Source of the DNA: an uncultured Thalassospiraceae bacterium
GTDB taxonomy: Bacteria; Pseudomonadota; Alphaproteobacteria; Rhodospirillales; 2-02-FULL-58-16
Direction of reading: 5' to 3'
DNA length: 64,000 nt
Assembly: GCA_964632795.1 (NCBI GenBank)
Contig: CAZWEZ010000003.1
Location: forward strand, 3,922 to 67,921
Notes under the pieces: model-generated
What the model saw: only the letters and a program-made list of their open reading frames with translations
The model's database searches: none
Told to the model about the DNA's origin: nothing
Shown here: positions 27,136-36,400 of the stretch, piece by piece
How the letters are laid out: the number at the start of each line of letters is the position of its first letter
Position numbering within the stretch: the stretch's first letter is position 1
Made by a program: the position numbers and the translations under genes

Positions 27136-27437
27136 TCATCCTGGTTCGGAGGCGACTTCAGCCATGTCCGCATCCCTTTTCGCTCGCCGATCTAGCTCGA
27201 TCCCCCGGACCACTTTTCCCATTGTAGGTCAAATCCCAACAAAATAATTGTCTACAACAATATTTTACAACGTTTGAGTGCTCTGAATTAAGAAATGGGA
27301 TAACAATTAACTTGTTGAAATTAATTAATTTTCTAGGCACTCCGCTTCATCTTCTTAAAAAAAATCGGCCTTGACGCAAAATTTGTATACATGTTACATT
27401 GCCTTCGCCACGAGATAAATGCCTTGAGGTTGGATGG

Positions 27438-28646
27438 ATGAATAAAGGTCCTTTCGGTCTTTACCCGGATATCGCTCAGAAGCTAATCGAGGTGCGGCGC
27501 TTGATTCACGAGCGTCCGGAATTATCCCACGAAGAACATGAAACCTCTGCCCTGGTACGCCGGGAGTTGGAAGCTGTTGGACTTTCCGACCTAATCGGCT
27601 TGGCTGGCACGGGCATAATCGTGAACATCAAAGGTGAGGCCGGGCCATCGAACACGACTCTCGCCCTTCGAGCCGACCTGGATGCCCTTCCGATCACCGA
27701 GCGCACACGCCTCTCCTATAAGTCCAAGCGGCCTGCGGTCATGCACGCCTGCGGGCACGACACCCACACGGCGATGGTCCTGGCTGTCGCGCTAACCTTC
27801 CAGCGCCGGCGGGAAAGCTTCCAAGGTGTCGTCCGCTGCATCTTTCAGCCGGCCGAGGAAGCCGAGCCCTTGGGGGGACGGCAGATCGTCGAGCAAGGCC
27901 ACATCAACGACGTCGATGGTGTCATCGGCATCCACGTCGATCCCTTGATCGAAAAAGGACGGATCGGGGTCGCTCCCGGCGTCTACTCCTGCACCTCGGA
28001 TGAGTTTGACATCGAAGTCCTCGGCAGATCGAGCCACGGCGGCCGGCCGCACGAAGGTGTGGACGCCATCGTCATCGCCTGTGGCATCGTTCAGGAGGTT
28101 CAGAAGGTTCCCTCCCGCCAGAGCGACCCAACCGTTCCACTCATCATCACGGTTGGATCGTTTCACGGCGGGAGCGCCCATAACATTGTGGCCGAACGCG
28201 TGAACCTCAAAGGGACCATCCGCGCTGGCGATAAAACCGTGCGGGCCCTCGCCCATGAACGCCTTTGCACCATCGCCGAAGCCCTCGCGAAAGCACACGG
28301 CGGGAAGGCGGTCGTCACAATTCGCGATGGCGAACCGGCAATCGAGAACCATCCAGCAATGGTGGAACTCATCCGAAGGGCTGGCAACGAGGTAGGCGGC
28401 GATGAAACGGTCTTCGCGGCGCCCCGCTGGACAGCGAGCGACGATTTCGGCTTCTACGCGCAGCAGAAACCAAGTGTTTATTTCCGCCTTGGAGTCCGTA
28501 ACGAACAACAGGGCTGCATCCACCCGCTGCATCACCCCGAGTTCACGGTGGATGAGGACGCGTTGACGCTAGGCGCCGCCGTCCTCGTGCGGGCCACCGA
28601 GTTGTTCCTGAGCGAACCGCGAAACAGCCAACAGTCATGGGAATGA
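27438..28646 (+). CDS. M20-family amidohydrolase (N-acyl-amino-acid / hippurate hydrolase type)
   Basis: LIEVRRLIHERPELSHEEHETSALVRRELEAVG, LALRADLDALPI and MHACGHDTH. The ORF opens at TTG 27399 and the ATG is at 27438. Confidence 0.8.
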   Translation: MNKGPFGLYPDIAQKLIEVRRLIHERPELSHEEHETSALVRRELEAVGLSDLIGLAGTGIIVNIKGEAGPSNTTLALRADLDALPITERTRLSYKSKRPAVMHACGHDTHTAMVLAVALTFQRRRESFQGVVRCIFQPAEEAEPLGGRQIVEQGHINDVDGVIGIHVDPLIEKGRIGVAPGVYSCTSDEFDIEVLGRSSHGGRPHEGVDAIVIACGIVQEVQKVPSRQSDPTVPLIITVGSFHGGSAHNIVAERVNLKGTIRAGDKTVRALAHERLCTIAEALAKAHGGKAVVTIRDGEPAIENHPAMVELIRRAGNEVGGDETVFAAPRWTASDDFGFYAQQKPSVYFRLGVRNEQQGCIHPLHHPEFTVDEDALTLGAAVLVRATELFLSEPRNSQQSWE

Positions 28647-29818
28647 ACGGGATGTCCAAGCCTTATATTCACTTCAGCCGCGAGGAATTTGCCGAACGCC
28701 AGGCCAAGGTAAGAACAAAGCTTGTCGAACTTGGCTTGGACGGTCTTCTCCTATTCAAGATCGAGGATATGTACTGGCTGTGCGGTCTAGACACCGACGG
28801 TTTCTGCATCTTTCATAACATGTTCATTGGGGTGAATGGCGAACTCACCCACGTCACGCGGAATGCTGATCTCGCAAATCTGAACTACTCGTCGATCTGC
28901 AAGGACATCCGGGTCTGGATCGATGCCGAGAACAATCCCAAGTCAAAAGCCATATTAGACATGCTGGCCAGCCACGGCATGCAGGGCAAGCGAGTTGGAA
29001 TCCAACTGGATACCATGGGACTTACCCCACGTCTTTATGAGGAGATCAAGGCGGAACTCGACGGCTGGTGCACGCTGGTCGACGTCCCCGATTTCATTCG
29101 CGATATGCGCCTGGTGAAGAGCCCGCAGGAGCTCGATTATCTCCGCAAAGCCGGTGAAATCATGGACCAGGTGCGAGACGTGGCGATAGAGGTCACCCAC
29201 CCTGGCGCTTTCGAGGGTGATATTTACGGCAGCATCTATAACGAGCTTTTCCGGCTCGGCGGTGATCTCCCCGCGCACATTCCGCCCATTGGCTCCGGCG
29301 ATTCAGCCCTTAACATGCGCTACACGACGAAACGCGACTACATCAAGGAAAATGATCAAGTAACACATGAACTTGGCGTGGGCTATCGGCATTATCATGC
29401 CGCAGATATGTTCGTCGTGTTAACTGGGCCCAAGATTGACGACCGCCACCTCAAGATGCATGAAGCCTGCGTCGATGCGCTGGTGGCGATTCAGGCGGCA
29501 ACACGGCCTGGAAATATCGTGGATGACATGTTCGAGGCGCATCGCAAGGCCTTTGCGAAGCATGGCTACGAGCACGCAATCATAAACGCGTGTGGCTACA
29601 CCATGGGCGCCTGCTGGCCTCCTACTTGGATGGAGCAACCCCAAATTTTCGCCGGAAACTCAACGGTGATCGAACCGAACATGACATTCTTTACCCACAT
29701 GATCCTGATTGATCACGAGAGCGGACTGACGATGTCCCTCGGTGAACAAAACATCGTCACTGATGGGGCGCCGGAAATCATCACTCACGTACCACGCGAA
29801 CCGATTATCAGGAATTGA
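28637..29818 (+). CDS. M24-family creatinase/prolidase-fold hydrolase (paralog 2; ectoine-hydrolase/creatinase-like)
   Basis: Creatinase N-domain (FSREEFAERQAKVRTKLVELGLDGLLLFK) and pita-bread C-domain (YRHYHAADMFVV...NACGYTMG...EPNMTFFTHMIL). The start overlaps the M20 stop. Alternative ATGs are at 28643 and 28652. Confidence 0.8.
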   Translation: MGMNGMSKPYIHFSREEFAERQAKVRTKLVELGLDGLLLFKIEDMYWLCGLDTDGFCIFHNMFIGVNGELTHVTRNADLANLNYSSICKDIRVWIDAENNPKSKAILDMLASHGMQGKRVGIQLDTMGLTPRLYEEIKAELDGWCTLVDVPDFIRDMRLVKSPQELDYLRKAGEIMDQVRDVAIEVTHPGAFEGDIYGSIYNELFRLGGDLPAHIPPIGSGDSALNMRYTTKRDYIKENDQVTHELGVGYRHYHAADMFVVLTGPKIDDRHLKMHEACVDALVAIQAATRPGNIVDDMFEAHRKAFAKHGYEHAIINACGYTMGACWPPTWMEQPQIFAGNSTVIEPNMTFFTHMILIDHESGLTMSLGEQNIVTDGAPEIITHVPREPIIRN

Positions 29819-29859
29819 GGAATTCGCAAGCTAAACCGAAATAGGCCTGGAGCCACTGC

Positions 29860-30645
29860 ATGCCCGAGCCCCGCACCATCGGAACCAAAGCAATCCAAAC
29901 CAAGAAGGTGGCGTTCGATTATGCCTTGAACTCCGGCTCGGCCGACCATCACATTGGCTTGATTACGCTTTCGACCGACTATCTGAGCGAAGCGGAGTTT
30001 TCGAGGGTGGCGCCATTAGGTGAGATCGCCATTCACGCCACCCGAGTGCGGGCGGTTAACCCGGTTACGGCGGAAAACCTGCGTACCATGGGGCCGCTTC
30101 TAACCGAGGCCGCCAGCCTGCTTCCGGACGAACTGGATGCCATCGCTTACTGCTGTACGTCCGGGACGGTGGCGATTGGTGACGAGACGGTCAGCGAACA
30201 GATCCACGTGGCCAAGCCTGAGGTTCCGGTCACCACACCGATCGGTGGTGCCGTGCTCGCCATGCATCGACTCGGCATGTCGCGTGTGACGCTTGTGACC
30301 CCATACGTCGATCCTATCAACCAGGCGATGCGCAATTTTTTAGAGGCTAATGGGGTCCAGGTCTTGAACATTGCAAGTTTTTGTCTGGAGAGCGACCTCG
30401 ACATGGTTCGCTTGCCGCCCGAAGCGATCCGGCAGGCCGCGATCGAGGCCCTTCACGACGACGCCGAGGGATTGTTCATTTCCTGCACGGCGATCCGTGC
30501 TCTTGAAGTGGTCGAATCCATTGAGCGCGACTTGGGTAAACCTGCTTTAAGTGCGATGCAGACATTGATTTGGAACACACTGCGAGGAGCGGGATACGAA
30601 AAGGGGATCGAAGGATATGGCCGCTTATTCCACCTTCCAATCTAA
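29860..30645 (+). CDS. Asp/Glu/hydantoin-racemase-superfamily protein (maleate isomerase / arylmalonate decarboxylase / EutA-like)
   Basis: IGLITLSTDYLSEAEF, AIAYCCTSGT, TLVTPY and LFISCTAIRA show the two-Cys-loop pattern of this superfamily. Confidence 0.7.
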   Translation: MPEPRTIGTKAIQTKKVAFDYALNSGSADHHIGLITLSTDYLSEAEFSRVAPLGEIAIHATRVRAVNPVTAENLRTMGPLLTEAASLLPDELDAIAYCCTSGTVAIGDETVSEQIHVAKPEVPVTTPIGGAVLAMHRLGMSRVTLVTPYVDPINQAMRNFLEANGVQVLNIASFCLESDLDMVRLPPEAIRQAAIEALHDDAEGLFISCTAIRALEVVESIERDLGKPALSAMQTLIWNTLRGAGYEKGIEGYGRLFHLPI

Positions 30646-30721
30646 CGGCCTTAGACCGGAAGCGATTGGGCGTGCATCGGCCGCGTTCGGAAGCGAGAAC
30701 GAGATCTAGGAAGAATGATCC

Positions 30722-31534
30722 ATGGGAATTGGTACCGTTGATGCCGGTGCACGAGACTACATTCGTTTCGAAAATGCATCCAAGAGCTTTGGCGATCACT
30801 CCGTTCTGCGCGAGCTGACGTTCAACATCGCAGCCGGCGAGAAGCTCGCGCTGATCGGCCCCAGTGGTTCAGGCAAGACCACGATCTTGCGCATCTTGAT
30901 GACCCTGGAACCGATCGACTCCGGGGTTATTACGGTCGACGGAGAATATCTCTGGCATATCGAGAGGAACGGCTTCCTGATTCCTGCTGACGAGAAGCAT
31001 CTACGCAAGATGCGCCGAAAGATCGGCATGGTCTTTCAGCAATTCAACCTCTTCCCGCACATGACAACTCTCCAGAACGTCGCCGAACCTCCAGTACTCT
31101 CTCTGGGCCTGTCGAAACAGGAGGCGCGGCAGCGGGCGGTGGAGTTGCTCGACCAGGTCGGGCTCGAGGACAAGCTTCATTCTTATCCCTCACAGCTTTC
31201 AGGCGGTCAGAAACAACGCGTTGCGATCGCCCGTGCCTTGGCCATGCAGCCGAAGATCATGCTTTTTGATGAGGTGACTTCCGCCCTCGATCCCGAGCTT
31301 GTGGAAGAAGTGTTGAACGTCCTGCGGGTGATCGCGAACGAAACCAACATCACGATGCTGCTCGTAACCCATGAGATGAGCTTTGCTCACGATATCGCCG
31401 ATCGTGTGCTGTTCCTCGACGATGGACGAATCGTCGAGGAAGGGCCACCCGACGTCATCTTCAGTAACCCGAAAGAGGAACGTACGGGGGCCTTTCTGCG
31501 CAAGATCATCGCCGCGGGACGGCGACTAACGTAA
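30722..31534 (+). CDS. Polar amino-acid ABC transporter ATP-binding protein (EhuA position)
   Basis: Walker A GPSGSGKTT, Q-loop MVFQQFNLFPH, signature LSGGQKQRVAIARAL, and Walker B IMLFDEVTSALDPE. Confidence 0.85.
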   Translation: MGIGTVDAGARDYIRFENASKSFGDHSVLRELTFNIAAGEKLALIGPSGSGKTTILRILMTLEPIDSGVITVDGEYLWHIERNGFLIPADEKHLRKMRRKIGMVFQQFNLFPHMTTLQNVAEPPVLSLGLSKQEARQRAVELLDQVGLEDKLHSYPSQLSGGQKQRVAIARALAMQPKIMLFDEVTSALDPELVEEVLNVLRVIANETNITMLLVTHEMSFAHDIADRVLFLDDGRIVEEGPPDVIFSNPKEERTGAFLRKIIAAGRRLT

Positions 31535-31644
31535 TCAGTGGAACTACCAACTGTCGAACAACGACAGAGAAATTGTGAGAATTGTGAGATGGGAAAATAA
31601 GGAAAACCTATCCTTGGCGATCGTAAAATTAGGAGGAAAGGATC

Positions 31645-32511
31645 ATGTTCGATATCAAAATCACTAGGTTCTTCAAGATCTGCTCCGGGATGGTAATCTG
31701 TGCCGCCCTTGTCATGACCCTGAGCAGTCCTGTTAAGGCCCAAAGCACGCTCGAGAAAATCCGTGATCAAGGTTATGCTACCATCGGCATGGCCAACGAG
31801 CCGCCATGGACGGCGATTGCTTCGGATGGAAAGATCACGGGAGCAGGCCCCGAGATCGTGCGCTCCGTTCTCAAGATGATGGGGGTGCAGGACGTTAAGG
31901 GTCATATCCTCGAGTATGGAGCAATGATCCCGGCGTTGCAGGCCGAGAGAATCGATTTGATCTCGGCCGGCGTTCTGTTCATGAAACCTGTGCGTTGTGA
32001 AGCGATTCTCTTCTCTCTCCCCGACATTTGCGACGGCGAAGGCTTCGCCGTGAAGGCTGGCAATCCGCACGGGCTCAAAAGCTACGCCGACGTGGCGAGG
32101 GCAAACGTGAAGATCGGCGTGTGCGGCGGCTGTACCGAGGAACAATATGCGCGTGAAGCCGGGGTCGCGGACTCAAATATCGTAATCTCTCCCGACGGTC
32201 AGAGCGGCGCCAAGATGTTGCAGGATGGGCGCATCGACGTGTACGCGCTGCCTGCCTCCTCGATAGTAGACCTCTTAAGCAAGTTCGGTGATAAGAACTT
32301 GGAGGCGGTAACGCCGGTTGAAGGTGTGCCGGTAGGATGCACCGGTGTTGGATTCCGTAAGGCCGACCGGGAGTTTCGGGATAGCTATGATCAAATGTTT
32401 CTCAAGCTGAAAGCGTCTGGCGAATACAGTCGCATCATGGCGACGTTCAACTTTCCCGATACCCTGGAGGCTACCACTAGCCGCAAGGAACTCTGTGGAG
32501 GGCCAAACTGA
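31645..32511 (+). CDS. Polar amino-acid ABC transporter substrate-binding protein, family 3 (EhuB position)
   Basis: Signal peptide (ICSGMVICAALVMTLSSPVKA), then STLEKIRDQGYATIGMANEPPW...YGAMIPALQAERIDLISAG. The RBS aggagg is upstream. Confidence 0.8.
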   Translation: MFDIKITRFFKICSGMVICAALVMTLSSPVKAQSTLEKIRDQGYATIGMANEPPWTAIASDGKITGAGPEIVRSVLKMMGVQDVKGHILEYGAMIPALQAERIDLISAGVLFMKPVRCEAILFSLPDICDGEGFAVKAGNPHGLKSYADVARANVKIGVCGGCTEEQYAREAGVADSNIVISPDGQSGAKMLQDGRIDVYALPASSIVDLLSKFGDKNLEAVTPVEGVPVGCTGVGFRKADREFRDSYDQMFLKLKASGEYSRIMATFNFPDTLEATTSRKELCGGPN

Positions 32512-32802
32512 CCCCGATGATGCTGTGCGTGGCCGAGTGGGCATGCCCCCATGGCCGGTCTTGTTCCGGTTCACGACAACTGTGGCTCTCATGCCGCGGA
32601 CTAGGAACGTGAGCGGTAAGGCATGTCCACCGGCCGTCGCTTTTCGAAACCGACGTTCCTTGGGAGGACTAGACGACCTTCGAAGTGATCTTCCAGAAAT
32701 GCTCTACCTCGAGAATCCGCGTGAACCGTCGCCGCATGAGGATCGTGGTGTTCTCTCTTTGCCATAGGACAGAGATCTGAAGGGCTTGAAAAGGGCACTC
32801 GT

Positions 32803-33465
32803 TTGATTGAATCGCTTGGTTACTATGGATTGATGGGTTGGGGCGCGCTGGTCACCGTCGAGCTAACCGTCTTTGGTTGTTTCTTGGCACTGATCGTCGC
32901 CTTCGTGGCAGGATTGGGGCGGGTCTCGTCTATCCCAGTTCTGCGCTGGGTGTCGTCCATCTACGTCGAGATCTTCCGCGGAACTTCCGCTCTCGTGCAG
33001 CTTTTCTGGTTCTTTTACGCTCTTCCTCTCTTTGGAATCAGGATGGACGCGATCACCACCGGTATCCTGGTTCTTGGCCTGAATGTCGGAAGTTATGGTG
33101 CTGAAGTAGTACGCGGGGCCATCCTTAGCGTCCCCAAAGAGCAGATCGAGTCAGCTATCGCACTCAACTTCACGCCATGGACCCGCATGAGGAAGGTCAT
33201 CCTTCCTCAGGCGATTGTGACCATGCTGCCACCCTTCGGAAACCTCGCGATTGACTTGATGAAGGGGACTGCGCTCTGCTCGCTGATCACGATCGCCGAC
33301 TTGACGTTTCAAGCACAGGTCTTTCGAAGCCAAACGGGGAATACCGCCCTTCCATTTATCGGCGCTCTTCTCACATATTTCGTTATTGCCTCGATCATCG
33401 CTTTCGCCATGCGGAAGATCGAAAATCATATGACCCGGGGTCTCGACATGACGAAACGGAACTGA
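32803..33465 (+). CDS. Polar amino-acid ABC transporter permease (EhuC position)
   Basis: The His/Glu/Gln/Arg/opine-type permease pattern is present: YVEIFRGTSALVQLFWFFY and the EAA-like loop ESAIALNFTPWTRMRKVILPQA. The ORF opens at TTG 32803 and an ATG is at 32833, so the start is uncertain. Confidence 0.8.
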   Translation: MIESLGYYGLMGWGALVTVELTVFGCFLALIVAFVAGLGRVSSIPVLRWVSSIYVEIFRGTSALVQLFWFFYALPLFGIRMDAITTGILVLGLNVGSYGAEVVRGAILSVPKEQIESAIALNFTPWTRMRKVILPQAIVTMLPPFGNLAIDLMKGTALCSLITIADLTFQAQVFRSQTGNTALPFIGALLTYFVIASIIAFAMRKIENHMTRGLDMTKRN

Positions 33466-33468
33466 ACC

Positions 33469-34122
33469 ATGGAATGGGATTGGGACTTTGCATTTCAAAT
33501 TCTTCCTCGTCTGTTAGAAGGCCTCTTAGTGACCGTTGAGGTGACGATCATGGCCTCCGTTGTTGCGATCATTTGCGGTCTACCCCTTGCTATTGCCCGA
33601 CGCTCGAGGAATCCGGCTATTTGGCGGCCGACATACTACCTCAGCGAATTCATTCGCCGAACCCCTCTGCTGATCCAACTTTACTGCCTGTTTTACATTC
33701 TACCAAATATCGGGATCGTGTTGCCGGCACTTACCGCCGGCGTTGTTTGTATAGGGGCGCATTATGCCGTCTATACATCGGAAGTCTATCGCGCCGGGAT
33801 TGAGCGCATTCCGACGGGGCAGTGGGAGGCGGCGAAGGCGCTCAACATGCCGGCACATTCGATGTGGATACGGGTGATCCTTCCTCAGGCGATTCCACCC
33901 ATGATTCCGGCGCTTGGAAACTACGTGATTGCCATGTTCAAAGAATCAGCCATTCTTTACACAATCACGGTTCTTGAACTCATGAACTCGGCCCGGTCCA
34001 TAGCGAACTGGACCTACCGCTACCTCGAACCCATGACAATAGTCGGGCTTCTTTATCTCCTTGTCAGTCTCCCTTCCGCCTTTCTGGTGAGGTATCTGGA
34101 AAGAAGAATGAAGGAAGTATAA
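33469..34122 (+). CDS. Polar amino-acid ABC transporter permease (EhuD position)
   Basis: FIRRTPLLIQLYCLFYILP and EAAKALNMPAHSMWIRVILPQA. The gene is adjacent to the previous permease with a 3-nt gap. Confidence 0.8.
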   Translation: MEWDWDFAFQILPRLLEGLLVTVEVTIMASVVAIICGLPLAIARRSRNPAIWRPTYYLSEFIRRTPLLIQLYCLFYILPNIGIVLPALTAGVVCIGAHYAVYTSEVYRAGIERIPTGQWEAAKALNMPAHSMWIRVILPQAIPPMIPALGNYVIAMFKESAILYTITVLELMNSARSIANWTYRYLEPMTIVGLLYLLVSLPSAFLVRYLERRMKEV

Positions 34123-34125
34123 CGA

Positions 34126-34905
34126 GTGACGAACAGCTTGTTTCCGAAATCTGACAGTAATGGATACAAGGGCAGTGTGCGAGAGAAAATGACCAAGACA
34201 CATCAAGTCTTAGCGAAGGCGGAAAAGCCGCTCTCAGACGCAACGCGACCCAGCAGGAGCCGTGCCAAGGAACGGCACCTCGATATTTATCATGAGATTC
34301 GCAAACGCATATGTCTGCTGACCTATCTTCCTGGCACAAGGCTGAAGGAGACAACTCTGGCGAATGAATTCGGCGTGAGCCGATCACCGATCCGCGAAGT
34401 TATCTGCCATCTGGAAAGCGATGGCCTGATCGAGACACGCCACGGCGCGGGGACCTACGTAACCGATGTAGAACTGGAGAACCTTCTCAAAGTCTACGAG
34501 CTGCGAGTTCATTTGGCTTTTCTCGTGGGTGAGTTGGATCCCGTGCCATGCGCCGCCGACGATATCGCCAAGTGGCGGAACCTGCTGGAAGAACTGAGGG
34601 GTTTTTCCCGAGCGCCCGACCTTATCGGCTACGCCCAGATCGTAATGACTTTCCATCAGCTAATGTTGCAACGTGTTGGTAACGATTCTCTTCGCGAGTT
34701 GATCGACCTGCTGTTTCATCAGACGAACCGCATCTGGGTCAACAATCTGACGGGAATCGATTGGACCGTCGAGATCACAGCGTTGACATCCGAGATCAAC
34801 CAACTCATTCAGGCAATGGAGGTCGGGGATTTACGCGGAGTCGCGCTTTCCTACCGACATGCGATCAGTGCAAGCGTCAAACGTTTCAGCCGATACAGAA
34901 GCTAG
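34126..34905 (+). CDS. GntR-family transcriptional regulator (FadR/FCD-type C-domain)
   Basis: The winged HTH LKETTLANEFGVSRSPIREVICHLESDGLIETRHGAGTYV is followed by an all-helical C-domain. The ORF opens at GTG 34126, and ATG 34189 is an alternative start. Confidence 0.8.
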   Translation: MTNSLFPKSDSNGYKGSVREKMTKTHQVLAKAEKPLSDATRPSRSRAKERHLDIYHEIRKRICLLTYLPGTRLKETTLANEFGVSRSPIREVICHLESDGLIETRHGAGTYVTDVELENLLKVYELRVHLAFLVGELDPVPCAADDIAKWRNLLEELRGFSRAPDLIGYAQIVMTFHQLMLQRVGNDSLRELIDLLFHQTNRIWVNNLTGIDWTVEITALTSEINQLIQAMEVGDLRGVALSYRHAISASVKRFSRYRS

Positions 34906-35132
34906 AAGCAAATGGCCCAGGATGATAATGCCCTCAACTCCTGTTCTACCATGCCAAAGGATAGAACGTTGATCCCGGTTTTGCTCTGTTACTGGACGCA
35001 CAAGTCCTCGCCTTTCTTTGGCTCTCGTCGCCCGGTGTGATGCCGTCGGTACAGCCAGATCAACCGGCACCGGCGATGATTATTGGTAGGTATGGCCTGT
35101 CACCCGTACATTGAACCCAGGTAGATGGCTTC

Positions 35133-36269
35133 ATGGACCACTCCCTCGACCCCGTCGAACTGACGCGAACTCTCATCGGCTTTGATACGATCAACCCACC
35201 GGGCAACGAACGGCCCTGTGCGGAGCACCTGGGACGCCTCCTGAAGGACGGAGGATTCTCCGTTTCCTATCACGAATTCGCGGAACATCGGACAAGTCTG
35301 GTGGCCCGCATCGGCGGATCATCGGACGCAATACCCCTGTGTTTCACCGGACACATCGATACCGTCCCATTGGGGGCTGTGCCGTGGACCGTCGACCCGT
35401 TCGCCGGTGAGATTTCAGACGGAAAACTCTACGGCCGGGGAGCCGCCGACATGAAAAGCGGCGTCGCGGCGTTCGTGGTCACTGTTTTGCGGTTGGCCCG
35501 GGAACTTTCTGAGGGCCCCGGTGTGGTCCTGGTAATTACCGCCGGCGAGGAGACCGGGTGCGAAGGGGCCTATCACTTGGCAGGTCTCGGAGACGTGCTC
35601 GGGGAGGCGGGCGCCATCGTCGTCGCCGAACCGACGTCGAACCAGCCCTGGATCGGCCACAAGGGGGCACTTTGGTTGACCGCCAGAACCACCGGAGTCA
35701 CGGCTCACGGGGCGATGCCGGAGCAAGGCGTCAACGCCGTCTACAAGGCGGCCCACGCCATTGGCAAGCTCGAGGGATTCGATTTCAACGTTGCCCGGGA
35801 CGCCATATTCGGGAAGCCCACGCTCTGTGTCGGCACGGTACATGGTGGACTGAATATCAACTCGGTTCCGGACATGGTTGAGATCGGCATCGACATCCGG
35901 ACCACCCCGGATCAGGACCATGCTACCATTCTTTCCGATCTTTCCGGGTATCTCGGTGAGGACGTCGTGCTTGAGCCTGTCATCGATGTGGGCGGGGTGT
36001 TGACCGATCCCACAAATGAGTGGATGCGGGAGGTTTTCGATATCATGAGCGATATACTGGGGTCCCGGCCGGAAACGCACACCGCGCCCTACTTCACCGA
36101 CGCCTCCGCCCTGACGCCGGCCTATGGTGACGCACCGACCGTCATCCTTGGCCCCGGCGAGGCGACCATGGCCCATCAGACTGACGAATACTGCGTGGTC
36201 GATAGGATCGGTAAGGCAGTTGAAGCGTATACCGGAATCGCCCGACGCTGGAATGCGCGGTTGGGATGA
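35133..36269 (+). CDS. M20-family peptidase (ArgE/DapE/CPG2 type deacylase)
   Basis: LIGFDTINPPGNE, FTGHIDTVPLG and WTVDPFAGEISDGKLYGRGAADMKSG are the canonical M20 metal and catalytic motifs. Confidence 0.8.
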   Translation: MDHSLDPVELTRTLIGFDTINPPGNERPCAEHLGRLLKDGGFSVSYHEFAEHRTSLVARIGGSSDAIPLCFTGHIDTVPLGAVPWTVDPFAGEISDGKLYGRGAADMKSGVAAFVVTVLRLARELSEGPGVVLVITAGEETGCEGAYHLAGLGDVLGEAGAIVVAEPTSNQPWIGHKGALWLTARTTGVTAHGAMPEQGVNAVYKAAHAIGKLEGFDFNVARDAIFGKPTLCVGTVHGGLNINSVPDMVEIGIDIRTTPDQDHATILSDLSGYLGEDVVLEPVIDVGGVLTDPTNEWMREVFDIMSDILGSRPETHTAPYFTDASALTPAYGDAPTVILGPGEATMAHQTDEYCVVDRIGKAVEAYTGIARRWNARLG

Positions 36270-36400
36270 GCAGCCTGCCCTTCGGGATGTCCGTCGAGGT
36301 CGAGGCAATCCTGGAGTCGAACCCGTAGACGCGCAGTCAATACGTCCGGGAGTCTTCGCCAGGCCCGTCCGCGGACGGGTAACGTGAGAGGAGGGCATAA

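Larger units (their letters stand above)
22680..35100. other. Visibly lower-GC mosaic island (putatively horizontally acquired catabolic island). The boundaries are approximate.
   Basis: Base composition drops by eye relative to both flanks, with many A/T-rich lines such as 23281-23340 and 27241-27400. The island contains three different IS or terminal-repeat remnants (22940-23161, 24485-24551, 26929-27135). A truncated histidine-kinase fragment sits at the left edge. Confidence 0.5.
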
